Source: Rebecca billardiae RCC1528 (lineage: Eukaryota; Protista; Haptophyta). Taken from it: DNA of 64,000 nucleotides. Under the pieces are notes generated by a model, which was given only the letters and a program-made list of their open reading frames with translations, ran no database searches and was not told the DNA's origin. The DNA lies in contig OZ251235.1 of assembly GCA_965240325.2 (NCBI GenBank), forward strand, positions 434,001-498,000. The letters run 5' to 3'. Positions 45,695-56,589 of the stretch are shown here, in pieces. The translations under genes were made by a program, and so were the position numbers. The first letter of the stretch is position 1; every line of letters begins with the position of its first letter.

Positions 45695-48600
45695 CACAGC
45701 AACGACTTCTTTTTTAAAGCGGCCGTTAGCGTGTCCAGCGGCCAGATTAATTTTCGAAAAATTACTATGCGCTGCGCGCGCGCCCCTAGGGGGCGGCGCG
45801 CGCGCGCGGCTGGTCCCCCCAGCATGCCCGCACCGTCAGCTGCCTGATTGCCGCTACCCAGCCCCGCTACCGTCGCGCGCGACATCCGCGCCGTAAATCA
45901 CCGTCACCGAGCGGTCCGGCGAGCGCGCCGCCATCAATTTGCTCCTGAGTGCCGAAAACTCCTTCTCCGGAAGCCCAGCCTCCTCGCGCAGGAGCTTGCG
46001 CGCCGTCATGCACTCCGCGATCAGGTCGATCGCGTCGGTCTCCGCCCTGCGCTGCCATTCGCGCTGCCGCTTGGCGTACTTCTTCAGCCAGAGCCGCCGC
46101 ACCTTGTCGCCGAACTCCTCTGCCCACGTCGCAAGCGACACGCGGCGCACGAGCTGCGCGACCGTCGAGATGTGCGGCTCCGCCGTCGACTTCTTCCCCT
46201 CGGCGTACTCGCGGACGAATGAGTCGAGTGACTTGCGCGCGTGCACGAGCGGCATCGCACGCTTGGTCACCTGCACGAAATGCCCCTGCACCTGCTCGTC
46301 CGCGAGCTGCACGAGGCGCCCCCGCCGCCTGAGGCGAGACGCCGTCTGCGCCCGCCTCCGTGACCGCCCAGACGTTGAAGCGGAGCGGTGGGACGTTGTG
46401 CGAGCCCTGGCCGGCGAGGCTGGCGAGGCTGACGTAAGCGCCGGTGCACGCCACGATGGCCTTCTGCTCCTCCGCGTAGTCGGCCGCCTCGGCGCCGCCG
46501 CCAAAACCGCCGCCGGCCGCGCTGCCGCCTGCCGAGGCAGTGCTGCCACCGAGGCCGCGCTGCTGCGCGCCGCCGCCGGCCGCGCCGCCGCCGGCCGCGC
46601 CGCCACCAGCCGCACCACCACCCGCACTGTCAGCCGCGCGGCTGGCCGCGCCACATGCCGCGCCACCGGCCACGCGGACGCCAGCACCGGCTGTGCCGCT
46701 AGCCACGCCGCTGCCACTGCCGGCCGCGCCGCCCACGCCGCCGCCCGCGCCCGCGCCCGCGCCCACGTTGCCAGCCGCGCCCCCGGCCGCGCCCCCGGCC
46801 GCGCCGCCGGCCGCGCCACCGGCCGCGCGGACGCCAGCGCCAGCGGTGCCGCCAGCCACGCAGCTGCCGCTGCTGCTGCCACCAGTGCTGCTGCTGCCGC
46901 CCGCACCGGCCGCGCCGCCGCCGGCCGCGCCACCGCCGGCCGCGCCGCCGCCGGCCGCGCCGCCGCCGGCCGCGCCGCCGCCGGCCGCGCGATCGCGAGC
47001 GCTGTCAGCCGCGCCGCTGTCCGCGCCGCCGGCCGCACCTCCGGCCGCGCCTCCAGCCGCGCGGACGCCAACGCCAGCTGTGCCGCCAGCCACGCCACTG
47101 CAGCTGCCGCCCGCGCCGCCCGCGCCGCCGCCAGCACCCGCGCCCGCGTTGCCAGCCGCGCCGCCGGCCGCGTCCGGCCGCGTCGCCGGGCGCACCGCCG
47201 CCTGGCGCGCAGTTGTCGGGCGTGCCGCCGTCGGGCGCGCCGCCACCGGGCCCGCCATCGCCCGCGCTGTCAGCCGCGCCGCCGGCCGCGCCGCAGGCCG
47301 CGCCACCGGCCGCGCGGACGCCAACGCCGGCTGTGTCGCCAGTCACGCCGCTGTCGCTGCAGCTGCCGCCGCTGCTGCCGGCCGCGCCGGCCGCGCGCGG
47401 CCGCGCCGCCGGCCGCGCCGCCGCCGGCAGTGCCGCCGCCGGCCGCGCCACCGCCCGCGCTGTCAGCCGCGCCGCTGGCCGCGCCGCCGGCCGCGCCACC
47501 GGCCGCACGGACGCCAGCGCCGACTGTGCCGCCAGCCACGCCGCTGCCGCTGCCGCTCGCGCCGGCCGCGCCGCCGCCCGTGCCCGCGGACGCGCCCGCG
47601 TTGCCAGCCGCGCCGCCCGCCGCGCCGCCGGCCGCGCCGCCGACCGCGCAACCGGCCGCGCGGACTCCAGCGCCGGCGGCACCGCCAGCTACGCCGCTAC
47701 CGCTGCCGCTGCCGCCGCTGCCGCCGGCCGCGCCGCCGGCCGCGTCGCCGGCCGCGCCGCCTGCAGCGCCGCCAGCCGCGCCGCCCTGCCGCGCTGGCCA
47801 CGTGCAGCGGCGGCAGCTGGCGGCGCCGGTCGCGGTGGGAGCCGGCCGCTCCGGATCACGTCATTGATCCCGTCGGCGTCCGCACTCCATAGCTCGGGCA
47901 TGTCCGAGTCCGGCCGCTCCGAGATGGCGATGGCCTCCGACGACGCGAGCGCAACACCCTCATAGTTGCGCACGATGGCGATCGTGGCCGCGCGCGAGTG
48001 CGCTGCGTTTGGCCCGTGTCCGCCGAGAGGAGGAGGACATGCGGCTGCCCGCGCGGGCGCGCGGACTTGCCGTAGTGCTCCAAGCGATCCAGCACGGCGC
48101 CCACGGCCTGCGCCCACGGCCGCGCCGCCGACTCGCTGCCGATCATCATCACGCCCGCGCCCGCGTGCTCGCGATTGCGCAGCGCGCTCTCACGTGAGCC
48201 AGCCACCGGCGGCGGGATCGGGTGGCGCATGCCCAGGTTGAGCCACGTCGAGAACTCTCGGGCTGGCGCGAGCCCACGATGCTCAGTGTGCGGTCCTTCT
48301 CGCGCGCCTAGTGCACGACGCCCTCGTCGTCGAGCGAGGTGAAGGCATGCAAGACGAGCGCGTCTCACGAGAAGAGCCGCAGCTTGGCTACACGCAGCAG
48401 GTTGTTCTTCTTCCGCTCGGCCTTGATGGCGACGAGGCTGTTGACGCTGCGCTTGACCTCCGCCAGGTAGTTCTCGTTCGGCATGATCGAGTGGTCCACC
48501 TCGCTCGCGGCCTCGCGCGCGCGCTGATTGAGCATCTCGTGCGGCTGAGCGCCGCGGCCATGCGCAGCCATGCAGATGCGGCAGAGACGTGGCGCCCGAT

Positions 48601-49244
48601 GCGTTAGGCACCTTTGCGATGCAGCTTGGGCTTCCTAGGCTTCGCGCAGGAACGCTTGCCCTTGCCCACGGTGAGCACAGCCGTCGCCATTGCTGCGCGC
48701 GGCGAGCGCGGTCCTGCGCGGCCGTGCCGGGCGCAGCCGCAGCAAGTTAGTCTGATGCAAATTCCCGGTCACCCATGCAAAAGTAAGCGTTCCCGCTGCG
48801 CATGTGCGTGCATCACGAGTAACCCGCCGCCTGAATAACAACTCCGCGCCCCTCCATACACTTCCTGCATCCCCGCGCGCGGCGGCGTGCGGGCGGGCGC
48901 GAATTCGCACCGTGTTACGAACAGACCTAGCAAAGTAGATCGGTGTGGCGCGTCGGGACGCGGAGCGGGTGCGGGGCAGGCGGGGGATAGGTTGGGGAAC
49001 ACCCGCGATTAGAGCACCGGTGGCGCAGCGGCGACGTGGACGCCGCCACACGCGCACGCACGGCGCGCGCTCGCACCGCGAGTCGAACGTCCGCTCGCCA
49101 AGCCCTGCGACGGCGTCCGTGCGACGCCGAGCGACGAACGCTCTCGGGATTTGGCCCGGACCACCAGATTCAGCCGTTAACGGCCGAAAATTCATTTGTT
49201 GGAGTTTCCTTAACGGCCGCTTTAAAAAAGAAATCGTTGCTGTG
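45695..49244. mobile_element. 3.55-kb TIR DNA element with CAC...GTG termini, carrying a decayed ORF
   Basis: Left TIR CACAGCAACGACTTCTTTTTTAAAGCGGCCGTTA; the right end is its reverse complement with one mismatch; TATAT flanks both ends (putative TSD). Confidence 0.8.
45854..48571 (-). pseudogene. Disrupted gene inside the TIR element with a central Gly/Ala-rich tandem repeat
   Basis: Protein-like segments (EVDHSIMPNENYLAEVKRSVNSLV; AVGAVLDRLEHYGK; SLDSFVREYAEGKK...WLKKYAKRQREW) occur in different frames separated by stops/frameshifts; (GGAAG)n-coding repeats at ~46490-47800. Confidence 0.55.
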
Positions 49245-50056
49245 TATATAGTGGGTAACATGGCGCTTACATGCGGGTACATTGGACCCATAATTAAATG
49301 GGTAATGTGCTCGATCTTGGAGTAGTTTTTCATGGACGTCTACGCGCACAGCATTGTGCCCCACTTTTTCGGTATTTTCACCATAAAATCCTTTGGATAG
49401 AGGGCAGCGCTTGTCAATAAGTAAGTCCGACCGCGTATCGTCATCTAGCTGCCATGACAAGTAGGTAACATTCGGCTGAATCTCTATCAATGACACAGCG
49501 GGCGCCGCTGCGTGCGCGCGCGACCGCGTGACGACACGCGGAGTCGGTTTTTAGTGCTTCTGGCGGCTGGGCTGGGCTCTGGGACATATTTGAGGGTGAC
49601 TCCGCAAGCGTCACGCTCATCAGACGCCTACATGGCATGGTTGTCAAATATCACCAATCGGTGGGCTGCTGGCTAGTGGACGGCCGCCGCCCTACGGGAC
49701 CGACGGTGCCATCATCAGGAGGTGGGCTACGAGTTCATTCGCGTCACGGTGTCCGTGTGACAGTGCACTGACTGACAACTGAGTCGCGCGCCCCACGGCC
49801 ACGCTGCGGCCACGACTCTGACAAGACTGACAACAGGCCGTCGACTCGGCGGCGGCGCCGTGCCGTCTTATCGCTCACGGCAGTCTCAGCGATGTCGGGG
49901 GAGGGCGGTCACAATCATGCGTGCTCTCGCTGCGCCGAACGGCGAAGTCGGCTCGCCGCGTGGCGCGCGGGCTCCCGAGGGTCGGGGAGGTGGGTGATCA
50001 ATCAGAGAGCGCGCCCGGCGCTCCGCGGCCCCCGGCCACTGACGGCTGCAGAGGGC

Positions 50057-51163
50057 CTAGTACGAGTACCCGGCCACGAATGACGATGCCGCCGCCGCTG
50101 CGCCGCCCGCCGCCTCGCCGTTGTACGTGCCGAGGTTGGCCATCGAGTTCGCCTTCGCGCGGATGTACAGCTCCTTCATCGCCGCCGCCTCGTTCTCCTT
50201 CTTGCCGCCCCACACCTTGAGGCACGACTGCTGCAGCGCGCGGCCGTACGAGAAGGTGAGCGACCACGGCTTCTTCGTGTCGAGCTTGTTCATCTCGCAG
50301 AGGACGACGGTGGCCTCCTCCTCCGACATGCCGCCCGAGAGGAAGGTGATCGCGGGCACGGCCGGCGGCACCGTGCGCTGCAGGCACTGCACCGTGCACG
50401 CCGCAATCTGCGCCGGCGTCGCCTTCTTGGCGGGCGGCGCCGCCTCGCCGTTGCGGACCATGTTGGGCTTGAGCAGCGTGCCCTCGAGCATCACGTTGTG
50501 GTCGCTGAGCTCCTTGTAGCACGCGGCGATCACCTTCTCCGTGATGATCTGCGCCGTCTCGATCGAGTGGTCCCCGTCCATCAGCACCTCCGGCTCGACG
50601 ATCGGCACCAGGCCGTTCGCCTGGCAGATGGACGCGTAGCGCGCGAGCGTCTCCGCGTTCTGCTTGATCGAGAGCGGCGACGGGGTCGCGCCGGACGAGT
50701 CGTTGATGTTGAGCACCGCGCGCCACTTGGCGAAGCGGGCACCCGCCTCGTAGTACTGCGCGCAGCGCTTGCCGAGGTCGTCGATGCCCTGCGTCGTCGT
50801 CTCGCCCTGCGTGCCCGGGAGCGGCTGCACACCCTTGTCCACCTTGATGCCGGGGATGATGCCCTGGCCCTTGAGCAGGTCGACGAGCTTGGTCTTGCCG
50901 TCCTGGGCGACGTCGAAGAGCGTCTCCTCGAACAGGATGCAGCCCGAGATGAACTCGCCGAGCCCCTGCGTGCGGAAGAGCAGCTCACGGTACGCGCGCC
51001 GGTTCTCCTGGGTGTTCTCCGTCCCGATCTGCGCAAAGCGCTTGCCAATGGTGCCCCCCGACTCGTCGGCGGCGAGGATACCCTTGCCGGGGGCGCCGAT
51101 CGCCTTGGCGGTCGCCATGAGCTCGGCGGCGAACGGGTTCTCGTGCGGGCGCGGGTGAGCCAT
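50057..51163 (-). CDS. FBA: Fructose-bisphosphate aldolase class I, probably cytosolic, intronless
   Basis: [33 protein letters not shown], Schiff-base Lys in [21 protein letters not shown], terminal Tyr. Confidence 0.97.
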   Translation of the reverse strand: MAHPRPHENPFAAELMATAKAIGAPGKGILAADESGGTIGKRFAQIGTENTQENRRAYRELLFRTQGLGEFISGCILFEETLFDVAQDGKTKLVDLLKGQGIIPGIKVDKGVQPLPGTQGETTTQGIDDLGKRCAQYYEAGARFAKWRAVLNINDSSGATPSPLSIKQNAETLARYASICQANGLVPIVEPEVLMDGDHSIETAQIITEKVIAACYKELSDHNVMLEGTLLKPNMVRNGEAAPPAKKATPAQIAACTVQCLQRTVPPAVPAITFLSGGMSEEEATVVLCEMNKLDTKKPWSLTFSYGRALQQSCLKVWGGKKENEAAAMKELYIRAKANSMANLGTYNGEAAGGAAAAASSFVAGYSY

Positions 51164-51652
51164 CGTGTCTGTCGGGTGTGCGGTCGGGGCGGAGGACGCG
51201 AGCGGGGGTTCGGCCTTTGGCTGGGCTGGCGCGGCTCGCGGGCGGTCGGGTCGGGTCCTCGTCGGGAAAAGCCGTGGGACTTGGGGCGACGAAGCCGGGA
51301 GACGCGCAATCTGGCTGGATGCGCAGCGAATCAGCGCTCACACGCGGCGGGGGGTGGCCTGCGCCCTCCGACGGTGATTGGTCGAAAGGGCCGGATGCTG
51401 CCGGCGATGGAGCCGAGAACACACGAATGTTTGCTCGTCTCCCCTCCGTTGCCCCCGCCACGTCCCACCCTTTACCCAGGACCGCCGTTTCGTAAAATAG
51501 TCCGCACGCGCCTCGTCGGTGCGCAGCGCGGCGCGCGCGCGTGGTCGCGATCTCGAGCAGAGGCCCCATTACAAATCTTCCAAGCGATTCCAAGGTGGGT
51601 ACTTGCTGTACAATCAAGAACGTCCGGGTCTGATGGATGCACGGCCCGGACA

Positions 51653-53077
51653 ATGGCGGAGCTCGCGGAGCCGGGCGTGGTGACGGGCGAGGCGCTCCTG
51701 CAGCTGCTGCGCGCGGCGAAGGCGCGCGGGTTCGCCATCCCAGCGGTGAATTGCGTCTGCTCCTCCTCCATCAACGCCGTGCTGGAGGCCGCGCGCGACG
51801 CGCGTGCCCCGGTGATGATCCAGCTCACCAACGGTGCGCGCAAAGCGCCGGCGCTCCGGAGCGCGCGAGGCGCGGGCTGCGCGCCCACGGGATCACGCGG
51901 TGGGTGCCGAATGCGGCGCACTCTCGACACTCGGCCGGCGCGATGGCAGGCGGCTCGGCCTTCTACGCGGGCAAGGGCATGAAGAACACGAGCGAGCAGG
52001 CGGCCGTGGTGGGCGCGGTGAGCGCGGCGCTGCATGTGCGCACGGTCGCGCAGGCGTATGGCGTGCCGGTCGTGCTCTGCTCGGACCATTGCGCGCGCAA
52101 GCTGCTGCCCTGGCTGGACGGGCTGATCGAGGCGGACGAGGACTACTTCGCGGCGCACGGCGTGCCCCTCTTCTCCGCGCACACCCTCGATCTCTCCGAG
52201 GTGCCGCGCGGCGCCTCGCGCGCGCGGCCATCGCCCGGCTGCCATGGCGAGCGTGCAGCAGCCGCGCTGCTCGGCGCGCACGCGTGCGCGCCAGCCGCCA
52301 AGCCCCCCCCCCCCCCTCCCCGCGCGCCCTCCGGACCGCCCCCCACGCCGCGCGGGGCAGGAGCCGCTGGAGGCCAACCTCGAGCTGAGCGCCTCCTACC
52401 TGAGGCGACTGTCGGCCGTGCGCTGCCTGCTCGAGGTCGAGCTGGGTGCGAGCGGCAAGGCGCGCGCCGCGGCGGGCGGGGAGGCCGACTCGGGCGCGGG
52501 CTCGCCCCCGCCGACGGACGCGAGCGCGTACACCCAGCCCGACGAGATCAGGCGCGCGTACGACACGCTCAGGGCGGTCTCGCCGCTCTTCCTGCTCGCG
52601 CCCGCCTTTGGCAACGCGCACGGCAGCTACCAGCCGCGCGGCGCCGTGCTGAGGCCGTCGATCCTGTGCGAGGGGCAGCGCGCGGTGAGCGGCGCGCACG
52701 GCGCGGCGGACGGGGGGCAGCGGGCGCATGCCGACGCGAGCCCCGTGCTGTACGCCTTCCACGGCGGCTCGGGCGCCTCGGCCGCCGACGTGCGCGCCGC
52801 GATCGCGAGCGGCGTCGTGAAGATGAACGTGGACACGGACACGCAGTGGGCGTACTGGAACGGGCTCAAGGAGTACGAGGCGCAGAAGCGGCCCTACCTG
52901 CAGGCGCAGGCGGGCAACCCGGAGGGGGAGGGCAACTCGAACAAGCGGTACTACGACACGCGCGTCTGGATGCGCAGGGCGGAGCTGGGCATGGTCGAGC
53001 GCGTCAAGATAGCCATCGATGAGCTCGGCGCCACCGGCGTGCTCAGCGGCAGCAGCGGCGTCGTGGCAGAGTCATGA
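51653..53077 (+). CDS. Fructose-bisphosphate aldolase class II (type A), divergent; exons 51653-51833, 51950-52200, 52361-53077
   Basis: FAIPAVN, NGGSAFYAGKG, SDHCARKLLPWLDG, LDLSEEP, FGNAHGSY, FHGGSG, VKMNVDTDTQWAYW, NKRYYDTRVW; two GT-AG introns; no targeting extension. Confidence 0.92.
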
Positions 53078-53674
53078 TCCTAATCATGTACAGTAGCGCG
53101 GCCCACGGTCACAGTAAACGGCGGGCGCAGCTCCTGCGAGTAGTAGTCTTATATAGTGCGCGAGACTGCTGAGACTGCGACTCGCACTTCCGTGCCGGCA
53201 GTCGGCGTCGTCGCAGATTGTGACGGCGGCTGGCGCTCCGGGCCTCCGGCGGTCTGGCAGTGGCTCCGGCTGCACAGCCTGAGCCTCTTGAACTCGCCGC
53301 TGGGCCGCGGGCCATCATCACGCGCGGCGGTAGTCGAGTCACAGTCATATCCGCGCATTATTTAGTCCTGACGCCCGTGAACGGGTGAAACTTGCCGTGT
53401 AAAGTCGGACGTCGAGTACGGACGAGTAGTCAGTCCGGGGCCGCGGGCAGTCGACGACCGGGCGCCGGCGTCACTTCCGGCGTGACCACGATGACGTTGA
53501 CGATGAGTGCCAGCAGACCGCGATCGACTGACAGCATCAGTGAGTGAGTGACGACACCACTGGTGACGACGTGACGTCAGCACTACGTCTAGCAGCTATA
53601 TTGACGACATTACTGCTACGACACTCTTCATAATGTATCATCATGGCCTGCGGATGGTGGCACCCATCGCGCCG

Positions 53675-56398
53675 TCATGCGAAGCTGACGACAGCCGCCG
53701 CGCGCTCCGCCCCGTCCGGCGCTGCGGCCGGCGCCGCGAATGGGTTCCCAGGGCTGACGACGGTGATGTGGAAGGGGTCGTCCATCGCGGAGCGAGGCGG
53801 GGTGGCGTCGGCGACGGGGTCGATCAGCGGCTCGCCGAGCTGCGGGTTGGCCACGCCGCTCGCCGCGTGCTTCGGCGCGCCGCCGCGCCCTCCGCGCGCG
53901 CGCCCGGTGCCGAGCGCGCGCGCCAGTAGCGCCCCCTCCACGTTGGCGGCGGGCTTCTCCACCAGCAGGTAGGAGCACAGGGAGAGGAGGAACGAGCCGG
54001 CCACGATGGAGGTGTACGTGATGGCGATGTCCACGCGCGAGAAGGTCGGGTACTCGATCGCCGTGGACGACTGCCACATGATCAGCACAAGGTGCCACAG
54101 GCTGCGCACGCGCGGGAGGGCGTGGGAGGGAGGGCGCGGCGCGCGGCAGTCGGCGGCGGCACAGGCGCGGCGCGGTCCGGCCGGGGCGAGCCGCGCCTGT
54201 CGTCGTGTGCGCGCGTCGCGGTCGATGCACGCCGACTCGCACGCAGGGGCGCGCGCGCAACGCGTCGCCGTCACGGGGCCGTCCGCCCGCACACGCCCCG
54301 AGCGCCGCGCACGCGCGAGCACGCACTAGGCGCCGTAGGAGAGCTTGGCTAGCGGCTCCCACGCCTTGGCACACAGCAGCTCGCGCACGACGCCGCCGCG
54401 GCGCGCGAGGAGGCAGTGCGCGACGCCGCACAGCGCGAGCGCGAACAGCGGCCGCTGCGTCGCGTTGTACAGGTCCTTCCCCCACTGCGGCCACAGCGTG
54501 GCGCTGTGGTCGAAGAGGCCGCCCTCGCGAAGGTCCGCCCACGGCAGCACCACACCGGCGCCGAGGGCGCCAAAGCTGAGGGCCCAGCCGACCACGCGCC
54601 ACGCGTGCTCGTGCACGTCGGTGTGCGCGCGCACCGACCAGCCAGCCTCGGCGAGCGCCGCCGCCGCGCGCGAGGGCGAGTGCTCCTCCGCGTCACCGTC
54701 GGCGCGCGGCCCCGCCGCCTGCCGCGCCGCGCGCCGCGCCTCGTGCAGGTAGATGCCGAACAGGCAGCCGATCGCGTACGCGCCGCAGCGGCAGTAGGGC
54801 ATCCCATACACCCACTTGGCATACGCGCCGTCGAGCGTCGTGATCTCGAGAGTGTGCACGCGCGAGAGGACGGCCGTCGCGATGATGGAGGTGGCGACGG
54901 CGGCGGCAAAGACGGCGGTCACGCGGCGCGGCGCGCGCGGGTAGAGCGGCAGCACGAGCGCCGAGATGGCGAAGAACTGCGCGCAGGTGCGCGTGCGGCG
55001 GGCAGGTGAGAGCGCGCGAGCGCGGCAGGACCGCGCGGCGCCGGGCTCGCGCGCGCTCGCCGGGGCGCGCGCGCTCGGCGGTTGTGCGCACGGTGCGCGT
55101 GCGCGTGCCTGCATGTCGTTGGCGAGGTACCACGTCCAGCCCATGCAGCCCGAGGTGCCCGTGCGCCCGTCCTCGCCCGCCACGTTGTTCACGTACAGCA
55201 GGTTCGTCCACCAGTACCGCCGGCAGTACTCGAGGTCGGCGGAGTTCTGCATGCCCACCCAGAGCGGGCCCCAGCCCGCCAGCGGGAGCACGTACGCGTA
55301 CGTGAACAGTGCGCACGCGTACACGGGCGTGAGGCGGGCGAAGCGGTGGGCGAGGGCGACGGCGGACTGCGCGAGCGCCGAGCCCACGCCCGCCTCCGCC
55401 GCCGCCGCCCCCTGCCGCTCCGCGCCCGCCAGCAGCGCGCGCGCGCACAGCAGCCCGGAGAGCCAGAAGAAAGTGTCGACCGCTGAGAAGGCGCCGAGCA
55501 GCAGCAGCACCTCGAAGGAGCGCATGTACTGGCCGACGGCGGGGACGACGTTGGAGGAGGAGAAGGCGGAGAGGAGGAACTGGTGCCCCAGGATCACGTA
55601 CCCCGTCGAGAGCACGCGCATCCCGTCGAGGAAGTCGAGCTCGGCCGGCGGCCGCGTCGCGAAGAGGCGGCGCGTGTTGGCGACCGCGCACAGCGGCTCG
55701 GCGAGCGCGGCGCGCCGCTCGGCGACGCCGTGCAGCTCGAGGACGGGGCGCACGCACGTGTTGAGCAGGGTGGCGAGCGCGATCAGCCCCGCGAGCGAGC
55801 CCAGCGCGAGCAGCGTCGCGCGCGCGCCGCGCGAGAGCTCGTACGAGGCGTCGTCCGCGCAGAAGGTCTTTGAGCGCACCGCCAGGTACTCGAGCGCGTG
55901 CGCGGCCGCCTCGATCTGGGCGGTGGCGTTGGCGAGGGCGGGGATGAGCGAGCTCGTCGCGTTGAGCGAGTCGAGCAGCAGCTCCTCCTCGCAGCGGTAC
56001 CGCATCAGGTAGTCCTGCGCCGAGCACGCGCGCGGGAGGCACACGCCGAGCGAGGGGCCGCCAAACGCGCGCACGGTGCAGTGGTGCGCCTGCTCGTCCG
56101 AGAGGCAGAGGTCGTAGTTGCCCATGGCTTTGAAGCTACCCCAGGCCGAGAGCACCTCGCGGTCGCCGCTCGCGAGCACGCCGAACGCGTCGATCACCGG
56201 CAGCGGCCGCAGCAACGGTGAGCCGGCCGACGCGATCACCTGCGTGTGCGTCTGGTTGCACCGGCCCGAGGCGAAGAGCTCGGCGCACTGGTGGCGCGTC
56301 GGTGGCTCGGGCACGGGTGATGGCGGCGGGGTGCTCCCGGGGAACAGCTGCGCGCGCGCCGTCGCCACGGCGCACGCGAGAAGCGTCGAGCGCAGCAT
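53675..56398 (-). CDS. NRF-6-like O-acyltransferase (NRF domain + acyltransferase family 3); exons 56398-55109, 54976-54327, 54101-53675
   Basis: Signal peptide; MGNYDLC...GVCLPRACS (NRF); FLDGMRVLS...GH, AVDTFFWLSG, HRFARLTP, WWTNLLYVNN, CMGWTWYLANDMQ/FF, spliced LSYGAYLWH. Confidence 0.9.
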
Positions 56399-56589
56399 GC
56401 CCGGCGAGCCGCGAAAGGTCGGCGCCCGGCCGTCTGCTCGGCTTCCTTCCCGGTCGTCTTTCCGGAATCCGGAACAGAGCGGACACGACTACACGAGAGG
56501 AGTGCAGGACAGCAGGACGCGTGACGGGCCCGGGCGGTCACCATCCTGCTCGAGCGCGCGGGGCGCAAGGCGGAGGGGGGAGCCCGCGC

